Of a stretch of DNA of 64,000 nucleotides, positions 12,676 through 24,002 are shown in pieces. The notes under the pieces were generated by a model. The model was not told where the DNA came from and ran no database searches. It worked only from the letters and a program-made list of their open reading frames with translations. This DNA is from Convolutriloba macropyga (Eukaryota), in the NCBI RefSeq assembly GCF_964194025.1, contig NC_134472.1, positions 36,766,001-36,830,000 of the forward strand. The letters run 5' to 3'. Both the position numbers and the translations under genes were made by a program. Within the stretch, counting starts at the first letter, position 1, and each line of letters starts with the position of its first letter.

Positions 12676-14399
12676 GTAAACCCGGATCTTTTTGCTCACC
12701 TAATATATTTATTTGAATAGTGCAATGGATCGCTTTCAATCAATATTTCAGCAATTTGTTTCCTCTAGGCCAATTTTTTAGACCTTTTTGTTTATTATGG
12801 GGGGAATTTGCAATAAGGATTTACTCTAACAGCGTTAATAGTTTCTAATAATACGGGTCACCGAAACTGCTGAGGAGTTAAGAAAAAATTCTTGGTGTGA
12901 ACAGCAGTTCTTGAGGGCCGTGGACACAATCTCCCTGACTCCCCATTACGCCCCAAAAACTGTTTTTTTTGGTGTGGAAGGCAATTTGGAAATCCTCCAT
13001 TTGGTAGCTAAGCCCCAGCTTATTACGGAAAACGACAGCAACTACGGAAAAAGAAAGCTTTGAAATCGTCTGAGAGCAACTCGCCGGAAGATAATTAAAC
13101 ATGTTTGACACAATGAACAGATTGGTTGGTCTAAAAGCAGTTGTAAACAGCCGCGAAGCGATAGCTGAGGCTATTATTGGACTTCAATTGGTTTTTTCGA
13201 TTTTGTAAAAATTTTCAACACAAACATTTTTTGTCACAGTGATTGACAATTAACTATTGCATATTCAATGAACTGTAATTAATTAGTTGATGTCAAACAA
13301 AATTTGTGCAATTACATTTGTCTTGTGGTCACTTTTATGCGAGTTTTTGCTTGACTGGTTTTTTGTCTGACCTTTTCGACTTTTGCTCTACAAAAACGGG
13401 ATAAACAGATAAATCCCGGAGGGCATTGAATGATTGAACAGCTCTCAGAGTTTTAAGCCTTCTAGTCTCTAATTATGCGATTCCAAAACTGTTTTGAGGA
13501 GACAAATCTATTTTGTGAAGTACTATGCGGCTCTTTGTTCTTTATCTTAAAAGTTTGACTCACCTTCAGTCCCCCCACTCACCCCTCCTCCCCCCGGACA
13601 ATTCGCCGTCCACGTTCTTCCTCCACCCGCTATTTGGACCCATCTCCTCTCAACCCTCCCAACCCTACCCCACCCCCCATCGCTTCACCCCATTTCGCTG
13701 ACCCCATAATCTTCCTAATCTCCAGCTGGCTACTACGGAAGCCCAGAGCTTGCGGATCATTTGAGAGCAATTTTTTCGATGTTGTTTTGATATGTCTGAA
13801 ACATATAATCGATTGGTCTAAGTTCAGATATAAATAGCCGCAAAGCGATAGCTCAGGCTATCATTGTCCTTCTCTTGGTTTCTTTTTGTTTCGTCAAGAT
13901 TTTTTTACGAACATAAGACGTCACAATTACTTCAAGTCTGCTTTTTGTTCATTGTTTCATGCAATTTCAACTGGATTGCGTGCCTGACATCATTGGTCAC
14001 TCTTAGTGGAAGGTGTTGTTTTTTCTTTCTCCTTATTTTGTATTTTGTCACAATTGACTTACCGTAATCCCAAAAAAGATATCCTTACTCTGATATTTAC
14101 TTTTCCAAATTTTAATGCAAATAGATTGAAACAGGTTGGGCAGACATGTCCGTAAGAAAAAAATATGAGGAGCTATTTGGGTCAACTTGTTGGTTGACCA
14201 CTGAGATCACTCATAGAGCAATGAGTCCTACTTCTAATATCATATTTTAATAACCAAAATTATAGGGAATTCTAATTGCTGTTAAATCATAGCTCAAACA
14301 TAAAAATAAAAACATTGTATTAAGCCGGGACAGATTCATTGTTGTTAAAGAATTTTTGTATTAATTTTTTCATTATTAGACTGCTGCGACTACAATGCG

Positions 14400-17300
14400 G
14401 CCAAACAAATCAATACTGGTGGTCCTTAAATGACCTCACAAATGTTCTCGAAAGTTTAAAAAATCTCTTATTTTGCAAGCTAATTCAATAACCGTGTTGA
14501 CAGGCAACAATAATTTACAGAAACAAAGTGGGCGGACACGCTCTTAGCAAAGGAGTATGAAGGAATAATTCTGGAACAACTCATAAAAACGATATCTCAA
14601 TTGTTGCATCAAGTCAGCTAGACGTCTCCCTATCCAACAATTCCAACATTGTTCTCAGTTGTTACTTTAACTATGCTCAAACTGAAAATTACAGTATTGA
14701 TGGCACGCTTTGCTCTGATCATTTTTTACTGATTTAAAATTCCTGTTTGTGAATCGAACATCCGAAAAAACAAAAAGTTTGCCTTAATTTTCTGTATTGA
14801 TTGAAAAGAGTTTAAAAAGAACATAACGAATAATCTTTTCAACTCTTATTGATATAGCAATGTCGACTTCTTTTCAGGACAATACCACCCATAGCTACTA
14901 AACAAAAATAGAGGAATTGTACCAATTGTCACTAAACATCAGGTCAGTTTGCAGCCATGGATCTGCAGGGTAACATCCCATTCGATTAAAAAATTGGTTA
15001 TTATAGACAAACTAGAGAAATTTGATTTCAATTTCAAACTGATGCTCTGAAAATTAGAGTCTGATATTGAGAAATTTATTGATACTGAGCTCTCAAATTA
15101 CAAAGCAGAAAATTTTGAAAGCAGAAATTTTAGCTAAACGTAAAAATAATTATTTTAAATCCGTAAAAAACCCACAAGTACCACCGATAATGATTTGGAA
15201 GCATCTGAAACTAACACCAATAGACAAGACGCTTTAAGTTTTTTTCACGTATCTTTAATAATAAAACAAAAACTCAAACCACTAGCACGAAAAATGTTTT
15301 AAATTGTATAAATGTTGACTCTAACTAAACAAATAAAAAATGTTTAGCGATATCAATATTCCCAAGTCTACCAAACCAGATGAAATTGGAAAGTTTTTGT
15401 TAAAAAAATTGTAGTAAATCCCTCACAAAGACGGCAACATTCTTATGCCAACCAATAATAAACAATGGAGGCTATCCCACATATTGGGAAGTAAGTTAGA
15501 TAAATCTAATTTTCAAAGACACGAACAAAATTGTGTGACCTGCTATCAACACATAAATCTTCAAAATTTAATATCAAAAGAAGTTCTGCAGGAAATTGTT
15601 TTTGATGAAGTTTACGAATTTGTAAGACACGATTTGTGTAAAAATTAGTATGGTTTTTAACAAAACAGATTGAAAACATTACAGCTCTTCTCTTTCTGGA
15701 TACAGTGTAGAAAAAATTTGATAAAAATGCAGTCAAAGACCTAAGTATCTTGTATCTTGGCTTCCCAAAAGTTTTTGACGTTATACCACATAACGCCCTG
15801 ATATAAAATTATCGTAACATCGGCATTGGAAGAAAAATAATTAAGCTACTTTTGTCTTGTCTAACAAACTGGAAACAAAACATGAAATTCAACGATAAGC
15901 TATTTGGTTTGCTAGAAACTGCCAGTGTTGTCTCACTGGGTAAGATACTAGGACCTTTTTTCATCATTTTTGTCAATGATTTGCCTGGACAATTAACTGA
16001 TGTATATTGTCTTGGTATTGTTGATCAAATAAAATTAGTAATTGAGAAACAACATAATACAGAAAACGCGACCCCAAATGGATCATTTTTGTGTAACGAT
16101 TATTAAATTAGAATTAATTATTGCAAAGCGTGTTTCTCAAATGTCAAAAGAATTATAACGTTGTCTCTCGATCAGCATCTGCTAGACTAAGTGAAAAATG
16201 TGAAAAATCAACGCGACCTTTGGCTCCAGCTTTCAGCAAATCCAAGTTTTCCAGTGGTCTCTAAGTACAATGATCCATTTGGCCGATTTTTTTGGGAAAC
16301 CTTGAAGCTGTTTCAGCTCAGTTTATGATGCCGCTATTGAGAAGAAAACATACAACACCACTGAAAGAATCAAGGACCTGTAGAGTCCAAATTTGAATCT
16401 TCTTTGTAAATCCATTGCAACATTCCTGCGCAGTAATTAGAGCACTTTGTTCGTTTTCATTAAACCTTCTTTGACGTGCGTGTTTCTTAAACGTCAAAAG
16501 AATTAAAACGTTGTCTCTTGATCACCATCTGCAAGGTTAAGTGAAAAATCAATGCAACCTCGGGCTCCAAATTTGAGCAAATCCCAGATGTTGCCCAGTG
16601 GTCTCTGAGCCCAATGATCCACTTGACCGACTTCTTTGGGAAAACCGCAACTTGTTTCAGCTCAGTTTATGATGCTGCTATGGAGAAGAAAACATACAAC
16701 ACCACTGGAAGAATCAAGGACTTGTAGAGTCCAAATTTGAGTCTTCTTTGTAAATCCATTGCAACATTCCTGCGAAGTAATTAGAGCACTTTGTTCGCTT
16801 TCATTAAACCTTCTTTGACGTGCGGTTTCCAAGAAAAACTACTTGACACTTGAATCCCTAGGTCTTCCATTATCTTTGAGTTCTGAATTTGGACATCCGT
16901 TAGTTTGAAGGACTTATCTTTTCCCATGAGCGTAATCTCCGCTCATTTTTCCATGGCAAGATCCTTTTTATTCGTTTTCATCCATTTCTGCATTATTGTA
17001 TTCATGTCTTCTTTTACCTCCCATATTTTTTTCCAATTGCTAATATTTTTAGATAATCAGCAAAATTGAATGATTTTGACAAAATCGAATGATTCTGAGA
17101 AGATATGGGCTTCCAGCAAGTCATTACTAACGATGCAGAGAAGGGGGCCCAAGAGAGATCCTTGAGGTACACCAGTTCTCACTGTTTTTGTTCGTGATTT
17201 TGTGTTTCCAACGCGTACAAATGGTTTCCCTCCCTTTAGGTAATTGAACAGGATATCCATTAAACACTTGGCTACTTCAATAGTGAGGAACTTTGTCGAA

Positions 17301-17480
17301 TGCCATAGAGATATCTGTGTTGAGCCACACAATCTCAGAGTTGAGATCTTCGACAAGGTCTTCATGTAGCTTTTCAAAGAAGGATAGTATATTGGTTGTG
17401 ACCGAACGGTTATTTACAAAACTTCGCTGGTGTTTGGTCAGGAAGCAGCGGAGGTGGTTGTAAAATACTATGTGGAAGCA
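14400..17480. mobile_element. Decayed LINE remnants: + strand EN/RT copy (~14400-16200) and - strand RT copy (~16230-17480), with a local tandem duplication of ~350 bp
   Basis: SDHF (~14715), PDEIG, GPFFIIFVNDLP (15852-16106); GVPQGSLLGPLL on the minus strand (17057-17377); 16130-16470 repeated at 16480-16820. Confidence 0.75.
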
Positions 17481-17879
17481 CTCTTCAAACGATGCCGAGA
17501 AGAAGGAATTGCCAATTAAAACTTAAATTGAATTTAAAAAACAAACGTTTTGGAACATTGCGTTCCTGGTCAGGTTAAAACATTAAATGAGATCAATTTT
17601 AAATTATGTAAACTTGTCTTTGACTCTAATTCTGAGAAATGAATTAATGTAAAAACTAATTTTTGAAATTTTTTACATTTAAAATCAAATTTAGAACATT
17701 TTAATTACACTATACACTCAAGCTAATTTAATCTTTATTCTGGAATTTATGAAAATCCCGGCAAAAATGGTTTCTTTTCCTGAAAACGGAATTTTACTTT
17801 CATTCCTATCTGTTTTTGTGTTTTACTTGTTCGGGTTGACAAAATTTTGAATTAACATGTACCAGAATAATTTCTGAAT

Positions 17880-19490
17880 TTCAAAAGTCAAATTCCAGCC
17901 CTCTGCTACTCATTGCGCGTATTTAATTGCGGTTTTAGCTTTTTCATGTAAATCGCTTCTTTTGTCATTAGACTTTCAGCCCCATGACATGCATATAGAA
18001 TCTCCCATTCAATATTATGCGCTGTACCACAACTTTCAACTAGTTATTGTCCCACAGGAGAAACCTTCTTTTGATTCTCATAAATTCTTGTGGTAACATG
18101 TCGGCTGGTTTGGCCTTTATAGTTGGAACTGCATCCATTAATTTTTGCTTTATATACCACATGGGATTTCAAATTCTTTTCGAAAGATAATTTCTGGTTG
18201 AGCATGCAAGTACTTAGCCTTCTCGTTGTGATAATGATTTGATTTTCACAATTTTTTTGAGTCTACTTGCAAATTTTTGAGTGATTCTTCTTCTGTATTG
18301 AATCCAAAACCTCGGGTTAAGCTCCTTTTTGTTTAGACTTTTAACTTGTTTAAGATGTTCATATTTAAGGGTTTTGCTGTAACTTTTTCCTTCGTGACTG
18401 TTTTATCCAATGTCTGATTAACAATAACGGATGACCACTCAGTTGGATAATGATTTTCCGTCCAGATCTCTTGATTTTTTCTAAGAGGTACATCAAATGA
18501 TTGCCAGCCACTGGTTGCATTAAAATTCTTGAACCACATTTCATTTTCTTATGTTGTAACTGTGCACGGGTCTTTCCCATTAAAGCCCGCCCCCCCATGA
18601 AATTATAGCCCCCCATTATGGTATAAATACCATGATTGGTATGGGGCTATATGTTATCTGAGCACTAAGCGGGGGGGGGGGCTATAATGGGAAAGACCCC
18701 TGTGCACAGCTACGGTAAGTTATTATGACGGTATCGGTCGATTTTTGATACTGATGACTACTAATTTTCCTATCTTCGTTTACGTTTATGTTTAGATCTA
18801 GGAATGCCAGGTCTCCACTACAGTTTGGTGAATTGTAAGTTTTTGTGAAGAAAGTTTGCATACTCAAGGTAATCTAGGGGGTTCCCCTTGACAGTGCACA
18901 CTGTCATCCACATACCTCTTGAATAATTTCAATTTCTGTTTGTCATCTTTCGTACATTTTTCCGCACAATAGGAACAGATCCATACGATTTCCTGCATGT
19001 TCTGATACTCCGTGTCAGTGATACCTTGGCGTTTTGCATGAAGCCAGTTTTTGCATGATTCGCACTCAACCCCTTTCCCTCAGAAAGTAACGCGTCGGTT
19101 ACAATCAATGCATATTACCTTCGTGGCATATTCATTGAACCGTTTCCTTCGCTGGCTGTAATTTGGTTCTCAGGAGTTTTGTTCTCCCTTCCCTCATTTG
19201 TCTCTGCAAGGATTTTTCAAAAGATTTCAACCACAAATTTGCCAAAATTACAGCCAGCGAAGCAACCATTGCTAAACCGTCCGGTTGAGTGTACCACATT
19301 TTATTACACTTAAAGTGAACATTCGTTACGGCTAGTCTCAAAAGGCTCTTCATAGCTGACCTCGGAATCTCAGGAACCTCGTCACCACTGGTATTTGAAC
19401 TCTACTGGGATTTGAACTCTTCAAAAGTTTTGCTATCTCTATCCAATTCTTCACATCTCAGTTCTGTAGTTTTTCACACCTCTACCTACT
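17880..19490 (-). mobile_element. Decayed Penelope-like retroelement (RT + GIY-YIG endonuclease) with a PHD finger inside the RT
   Basis: FKCNKMWYTQPDGLAMVASLAVILANLWL (19132-19353); KRYVDD (18903-18920); AFLDL..YQKSTDT (18682-18867); HVVYK..YKGQTSRHV GIY-YIG-like motif (~18100-18165). Confidence 0.88.
18568..18699. mobile_element. 132-bp MITE with GG-starting TIRs and an 8-bp TSD (Merlin-like signature), inserted in the Penelope remnant
   Basis: TIRs GGGTCTTTCCCATT(A)AAGCCC / GGGCTATAATGGGAAAGACCC; CTGTGCAC duplicated at 18560-18567 and 18700-18707; removing it restores the host frame YRSCAQLQHKK. Confidence 0.85.
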
Positions 19491-19577
19491 AAGTCAACCC
19501 CTCGACAGATATTTGTGAGAGCAAATTGCCCATTGTTAGTTGGTTATGTTCAATCATTTTTAATTCTTTCAGTTGGA

Positions 19578-19817
19578 ATGCCTCACCCTCAGAAAAAATA
19601 TTTTCGACAGAGAGCTCATGCAAATCCTTTAAGTGATCACACATACGAATATCCCTTGTTTCCCTCTGAAGCAGATTGGAATAGAATATTCGCATTAACA
19701 GATTGCACCCCAAAAGTGGACTTTGTTGACGTAGGATGTGGGTATGGAGGTCTTCTCATAAGCTTGGCCAAATTATATCCTGATAATTATTCACTGGGAT
19801 TTGAATTACGCGTGAAG
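19578..19817 (+). CDS. METTL1: tRNA (guanine-N7)-methyltransferase, first identifiable coding exon (80 aa)
   Basis: MPHPQKKYFRQRAHANP and VDVGCGYGGLL...GFELRVK are TRM8/METTL1 signatures; GT donor at 19818, phase 0. Confidence 0.95.
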
Positions 19818-20300
19818 GTAAACTCGGAGCTATTCGCTCCTCACCTAATATATTTATTTGAATAGTACAATGGATTGCTTTCAATCAAAATTTTAGCAAT
19901 AATTTTTATTTCTGTTGGGCAGCTTTTTAGTCCTTTCTATCTTTTTATGGGAGATTTCGCAGTACCAATGTTTCTCTAACAGCGTTAATAGTTTCTAATT
20001 ATACGAGTCAACGAAATTGCTGCGGAGACAAAACATTGGAGACAAATTCTTGGTGTGAATAGCACTTCTTCGCGGACGTGGACATGAACTCCCTGACTCC
20101 CCATTACGCTACCGAACTGTCTTTTGGTGTGAAGGGCAATTTTGTAATTTGGAACCCCCTCCTTTTTTGTACCCCTCGTTTGACTCTTAATGAGTTGATT
20201 TCATTTCCAGACGAAAAACAGTTTGAAAAACCACTTTTAAACAACACCCAATGTGATTGACAATTAACTATTGCATATTCAGTTAACTGTAATTAATTAA

Positions 20301-21732
20301 CAAAGGAGCAGTCCTGCAACTTTTGGATTACCTCGAAAAAGTTTTTAGCTGTAAATCTCAACACTAGTTTGCCATTTATTTTGACTATGAGAAGGCCTTT
20401 GATAAGGTCCCACACACTATCTTGGTTGAAAAACTTCGCCGTTTTAAGCTTAATGGTAATTTTTGCACTTTTGGAGTCGTACCTTTGCAACATGTATCAA
20501 TTTACACAAGTCAATAAGTCGAAGTCGAAACTTCTTCCATGTCTTAGCGGTGTACCACAGGGCTCCGTACTGGGTCCCTTTTTATTTTTCGTTTTCGTGA
20601 ACGATTTACCAAGCATTTTCCTTGATTCCATGGTTTAGTTGTTCGCAGATGACCTTAAAATGCTCTTCACCAACCTGAATTTCCATGACGATCTTTGGCG
20701 CCTTTATTCTTGGAATATCTGCAATGGAATGATTGCAAATTCATGTAAGACTAAATGTTTGCACTTTATTATTATTATTATTATTATTATTATGACTTCG
20801 TGGATATGCCACTGGAATGTTATTTCCGCTGTTAGGTTCTAGGATGTGCACGACAGTTTTCACAGATACAAATGAATGTCCATGTGCAAGGATTCTGCTC
20901 ATTCCAGTTTCTTTCCAAATAGCTCCACATGTATTCAATGAGTTTCCTCTTCAGTTGCTGCTCACAGAAGAAGTCGAAGTCATGGCTCATCTAAATGGAA
21001 AACGTCTCTTCACACAAGGATCTGGGTGTATACATCAGTAATGATCTGAAATGGGGTTTCCACGTTACTTCTAAACTCTGTAAAGCTCGACAATGTTTCT
21101 TCAGTCTGAAAGCGAAAATACCTTTCAATACTCCGTCTCATGTCAAGCTCCACCTTTACCGGAGCCTTGTCCTCTCCGTACTTTTATATGGGTTTCCTGC
21201 GTGGTATCCCGATGTATCCATGCTTAAAAAATTAGAGAATTTCCAGCGCTCCTGCTTCTTATGGATATTTGGACGAAAATCATCTTACCTGAAGCAACTT
21301 AAAGACAACAATTTTGTGCCACTCTGCTATCAACTCGAATATATTACTTTCTCTTTTCTATCGCAACTGATGTTAGATAAGTACAACTATGATCACTCAC
21401 AGTATGTAGTATTTCAGGAGCCTTCCCAGTGTTTGCGCGGATCATCCACAAATGTCCTGCAATTAAAGAACCACCATAAGCACGCTAGCATCTCATTCTT
21501 CGGTCGTTCAGTTTTAATTGCCAACTATTAGTTCAGAAACAAATTCATCGATGACTTTGACAGCTACAACAAGAAAGCTCTGAAGAGCTACCTCATGCGA
21601 AAAACATTCGATCCAGAAATTACATGTACATTCTTTATTTGCTGTGTCTGTAACTCATGCAAACTTATCAAGAGTATATGCTAAAATAATAATGGTTCTC
21701 GAAAGAAAATAAAGTCTTTCTCTCTCTCTCTC
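20301..21732 (+). mobile_element. 5'-truncated CR1/L2-group LINE in METTL1 intron 1, ending in a (TC)n tail
   Basis: DYEKAFDKVPH, GVPQGSVLGP, FADDLK, KDLGV and a C-terminal CTFFICCVCNSC; absent from the paralogous sequence at ~13285. Confidence 0.9.
20767..20993 (-). mobile_element. 3' end of a second LINE nested antisense in the first, with a (TAA)n tail
   Basis: Minus strand reads LIEYMWSYLERNWNEQNPCTWTFICICENCRAHPRT* followed by (AAT)n; it interrupts the host frame between KTKCLHF and MENVSSHKDLGV. Confidence 0.8.
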
Positions 21733-22255
21733 TAATTGATCTCAAACAAATTTTGTGCAATTATATTTGTCCTGTGGTCACTTTTATGCGTCTTTTCGCT
21801 GGACCGCTTTTTGTCTGACCTTTTCGACTTTTCTTCCTCAAAAACGGGATAAACAGGTAAATCCCGGAGGGCATTAAGTGAATGAACAGCTCTCAGAGCT
21901 TTACGCCTTCTAGTCTCTAATTATGCGATTCCAAAACTGTTTTGAGGAGACAATTCTATTTTGTGAAGTACTATGCGGCTGTTTGTTCTTTATCTTAAAA
22001 GTTTGACTCACCTTCAGTCCCCCCACTCACCACTCCTCCCCCCGGACAATTCGCCGTCCCCGTTCCTCCTCTCAACCCTCCCAACCCTACCCAACCCCCC
22101 ATCGCTTCACCCCACTGAGCTGACCCCATAACTTTCCTAAACCCCAGCTGGCTACTACGGAAGCCGAGAGCTTGCGGATCGTTTGAGAGCAATTCGTTCG
22201 ATATTATTTGGATATGTCTGAAACATTTAATTGATTGGTCTAAGTTCTGTTATAA

Positions 22256-22684
22256 ATAGCCGCGAAGCGATAGCTGAGGCTATTATTGTCCTTCTCTTGG
22301 TTTTTTTATTTCGTCAAGATATTTGTTATTTACACTGAATTGCGTGCGTGACGTCATTATTCACTCTTAGTGGAGCGAGTTATTTGTTCATTCTCATTAT
22401 TTTGTATTTTGTCACAATTGACTTACCTCACTCGCAAAATGATACCCTTACTCTGATATTGACTTTTCCATACTTTAATTCAAATAGATAAGGTCAACTG
22501 AGTGTATATTACTCTAATCGAAGGTTATTTAAGATTAGCTAATAGAAGCAGTAATAAGTTATACAGATTCCTAATAAAAATTTAACATAGCAGCCCTTGA
22601 TGAAGACAATAAATGTTTTTTTGGCCTTTTTGAAACTGTACGTAGCTATCGCGGCTTTTTTCTGGCAATCTGCCAGCTATGTTT
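22256..22684 (+). mobile_element. Helentron/DINE-1-like non-autonomous element
   Basis: Left end ATAGCCGCGAAGCGATAGCTGAGGCTAT; right end TCGCGGCT..CTGGCAATCTGCCAG-CTATGTTT (subTIR plus stem-loop). Confidence 0.65.
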
Positions 22685-23584
22685 AATTAATTGATTGAAA
22701 ATTAATTAAATAGCAAAATTTGAAAATAAAAGGGACGAAAACCTCTTCCTTAAAATGACATTTGTTCGGGGACTTCAGCCAGCATTTTTGGTTCAAAAAG
22801 TTAAGCAGCATGGGAACTAGTAATGTAAGGGAAAACAGCAAGCGTTGCCCTGGAGATTTCGGCTACTGAAAATTTTGAGCATTGGGCCAAAAGTAGTGAT
22901 TTTCCTTTGTTTATTAAAAAACATTGCTTTTTTAAACTTGTCAATTTCAATTAATTAATTGTTTGAACTCAATTAGCAGTAGATTCATTGTTTCATTTTC
23001 CCCAAAAAATTAATTGCTACTCTTAATTGCTAATCCCTGTCCACTCAAGAGTCGAACTGTGTAATCTATGTACTGTTTTGTTCATTTTTGGGAGAGGAAA
23101 GAATTCCACGTGGTTGTTTTTAATTGTCTCCCTATTTGAGGATCAAGGTTTCTTAATTGCTGACCCATGCCCACCCAAAATCTAAACTATTTAGTCTCTT
23201 CTCTTTTGCTCACTTGACTTCCACGCGATGTTGAGTTTTGAATTGTCTCCTTATTTGAGGATCGATCGAGGTTTCGGGACTATTTTATTGGTGAAATCGG
23301 AAAATGTGTTTTGATGCAGAGTGACGAAGGCTCGCGACCTAATATTCAGCCAAGGAAGTTGTTTTTAAGTTACTCTTTCATTATGCAATGTTGACACAAG
23401 TTGCGTTTACTCTGATAGATTTTGTCGTCCAATTAGTTTTTGTGCCATTTTTATTCTCATGAGATCATTAATTTTAATGAATTTAATTGAAGCTTTCTTT
23501 GCTGTTTGTGACTGATCGTTTGTGAAATTCTTCAGTGAAATTCTGAAAGTAGTGAAAAAAGGGGGGGTCTACCGCACAGTTTTA

Positions 23585-23668
23585 GGATCCCTCCCATCCA
23601 GTCTCGAACCTAAGTCAAAATTACACTTCAACAACTCTATATTAATGCCTAAACCACTGCACTACCAG
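23585..23668 (-). ncRNA. tRNA-like Pol III element (SINE head or tRNA pseudogene)
   Basis: Minus-strand A box TAGTGCAGTGG (23654-23664) and B box GGTTCGAGAC (23601-23610); no convincing cloverleaf. Confidence 0.55.
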
Positions 23669-23961
23669 AACTAACTGCTGTAAGGTTCAAACGCAATATA
23701 ATTCGTAACTGTTACGGTTGTTAACACATTATAAAGTGAGTATTTCAACTGAAAATATGGTCATAAAATAAAGTCAACTTGGTTCAGTTGGTTAACCTCG
23801 CTCGCAATCCCAACTGAATCAGGTCGACTTTTCGAAGCCCCATAGTTTCCACCAGATTCCAACTAAAACTGAGAAAATTCCACTGAGACGGAGCAGGTCT
23901 TGGAATTTTCCCATTATCTTTCTTTCGATAATTTTTTTATCAAAAGCAAATAAAACCCGCC

Positions 23962-23968
23962 TATAAAA
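23962..23968 (+). promoter_or_regulatory. TATA box of the 279-aa ORF
   Basis: CCCGCC-TATAAAA about 35 nt upstream of an A-rich ACAAAAATG start context. Confidence 0.55.
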
Positions 23969-24002
23969 CAGGCCTTTTTCTTACAATAGCAACACAACAA
24001 AA

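Noticed and set aside
22018-22130. C-rich tract with G-quadruplex potential on the minus strand (also 13570-13700)
   Set aside because: Part of a duplicated repeat; no evidence of function from sequence alone
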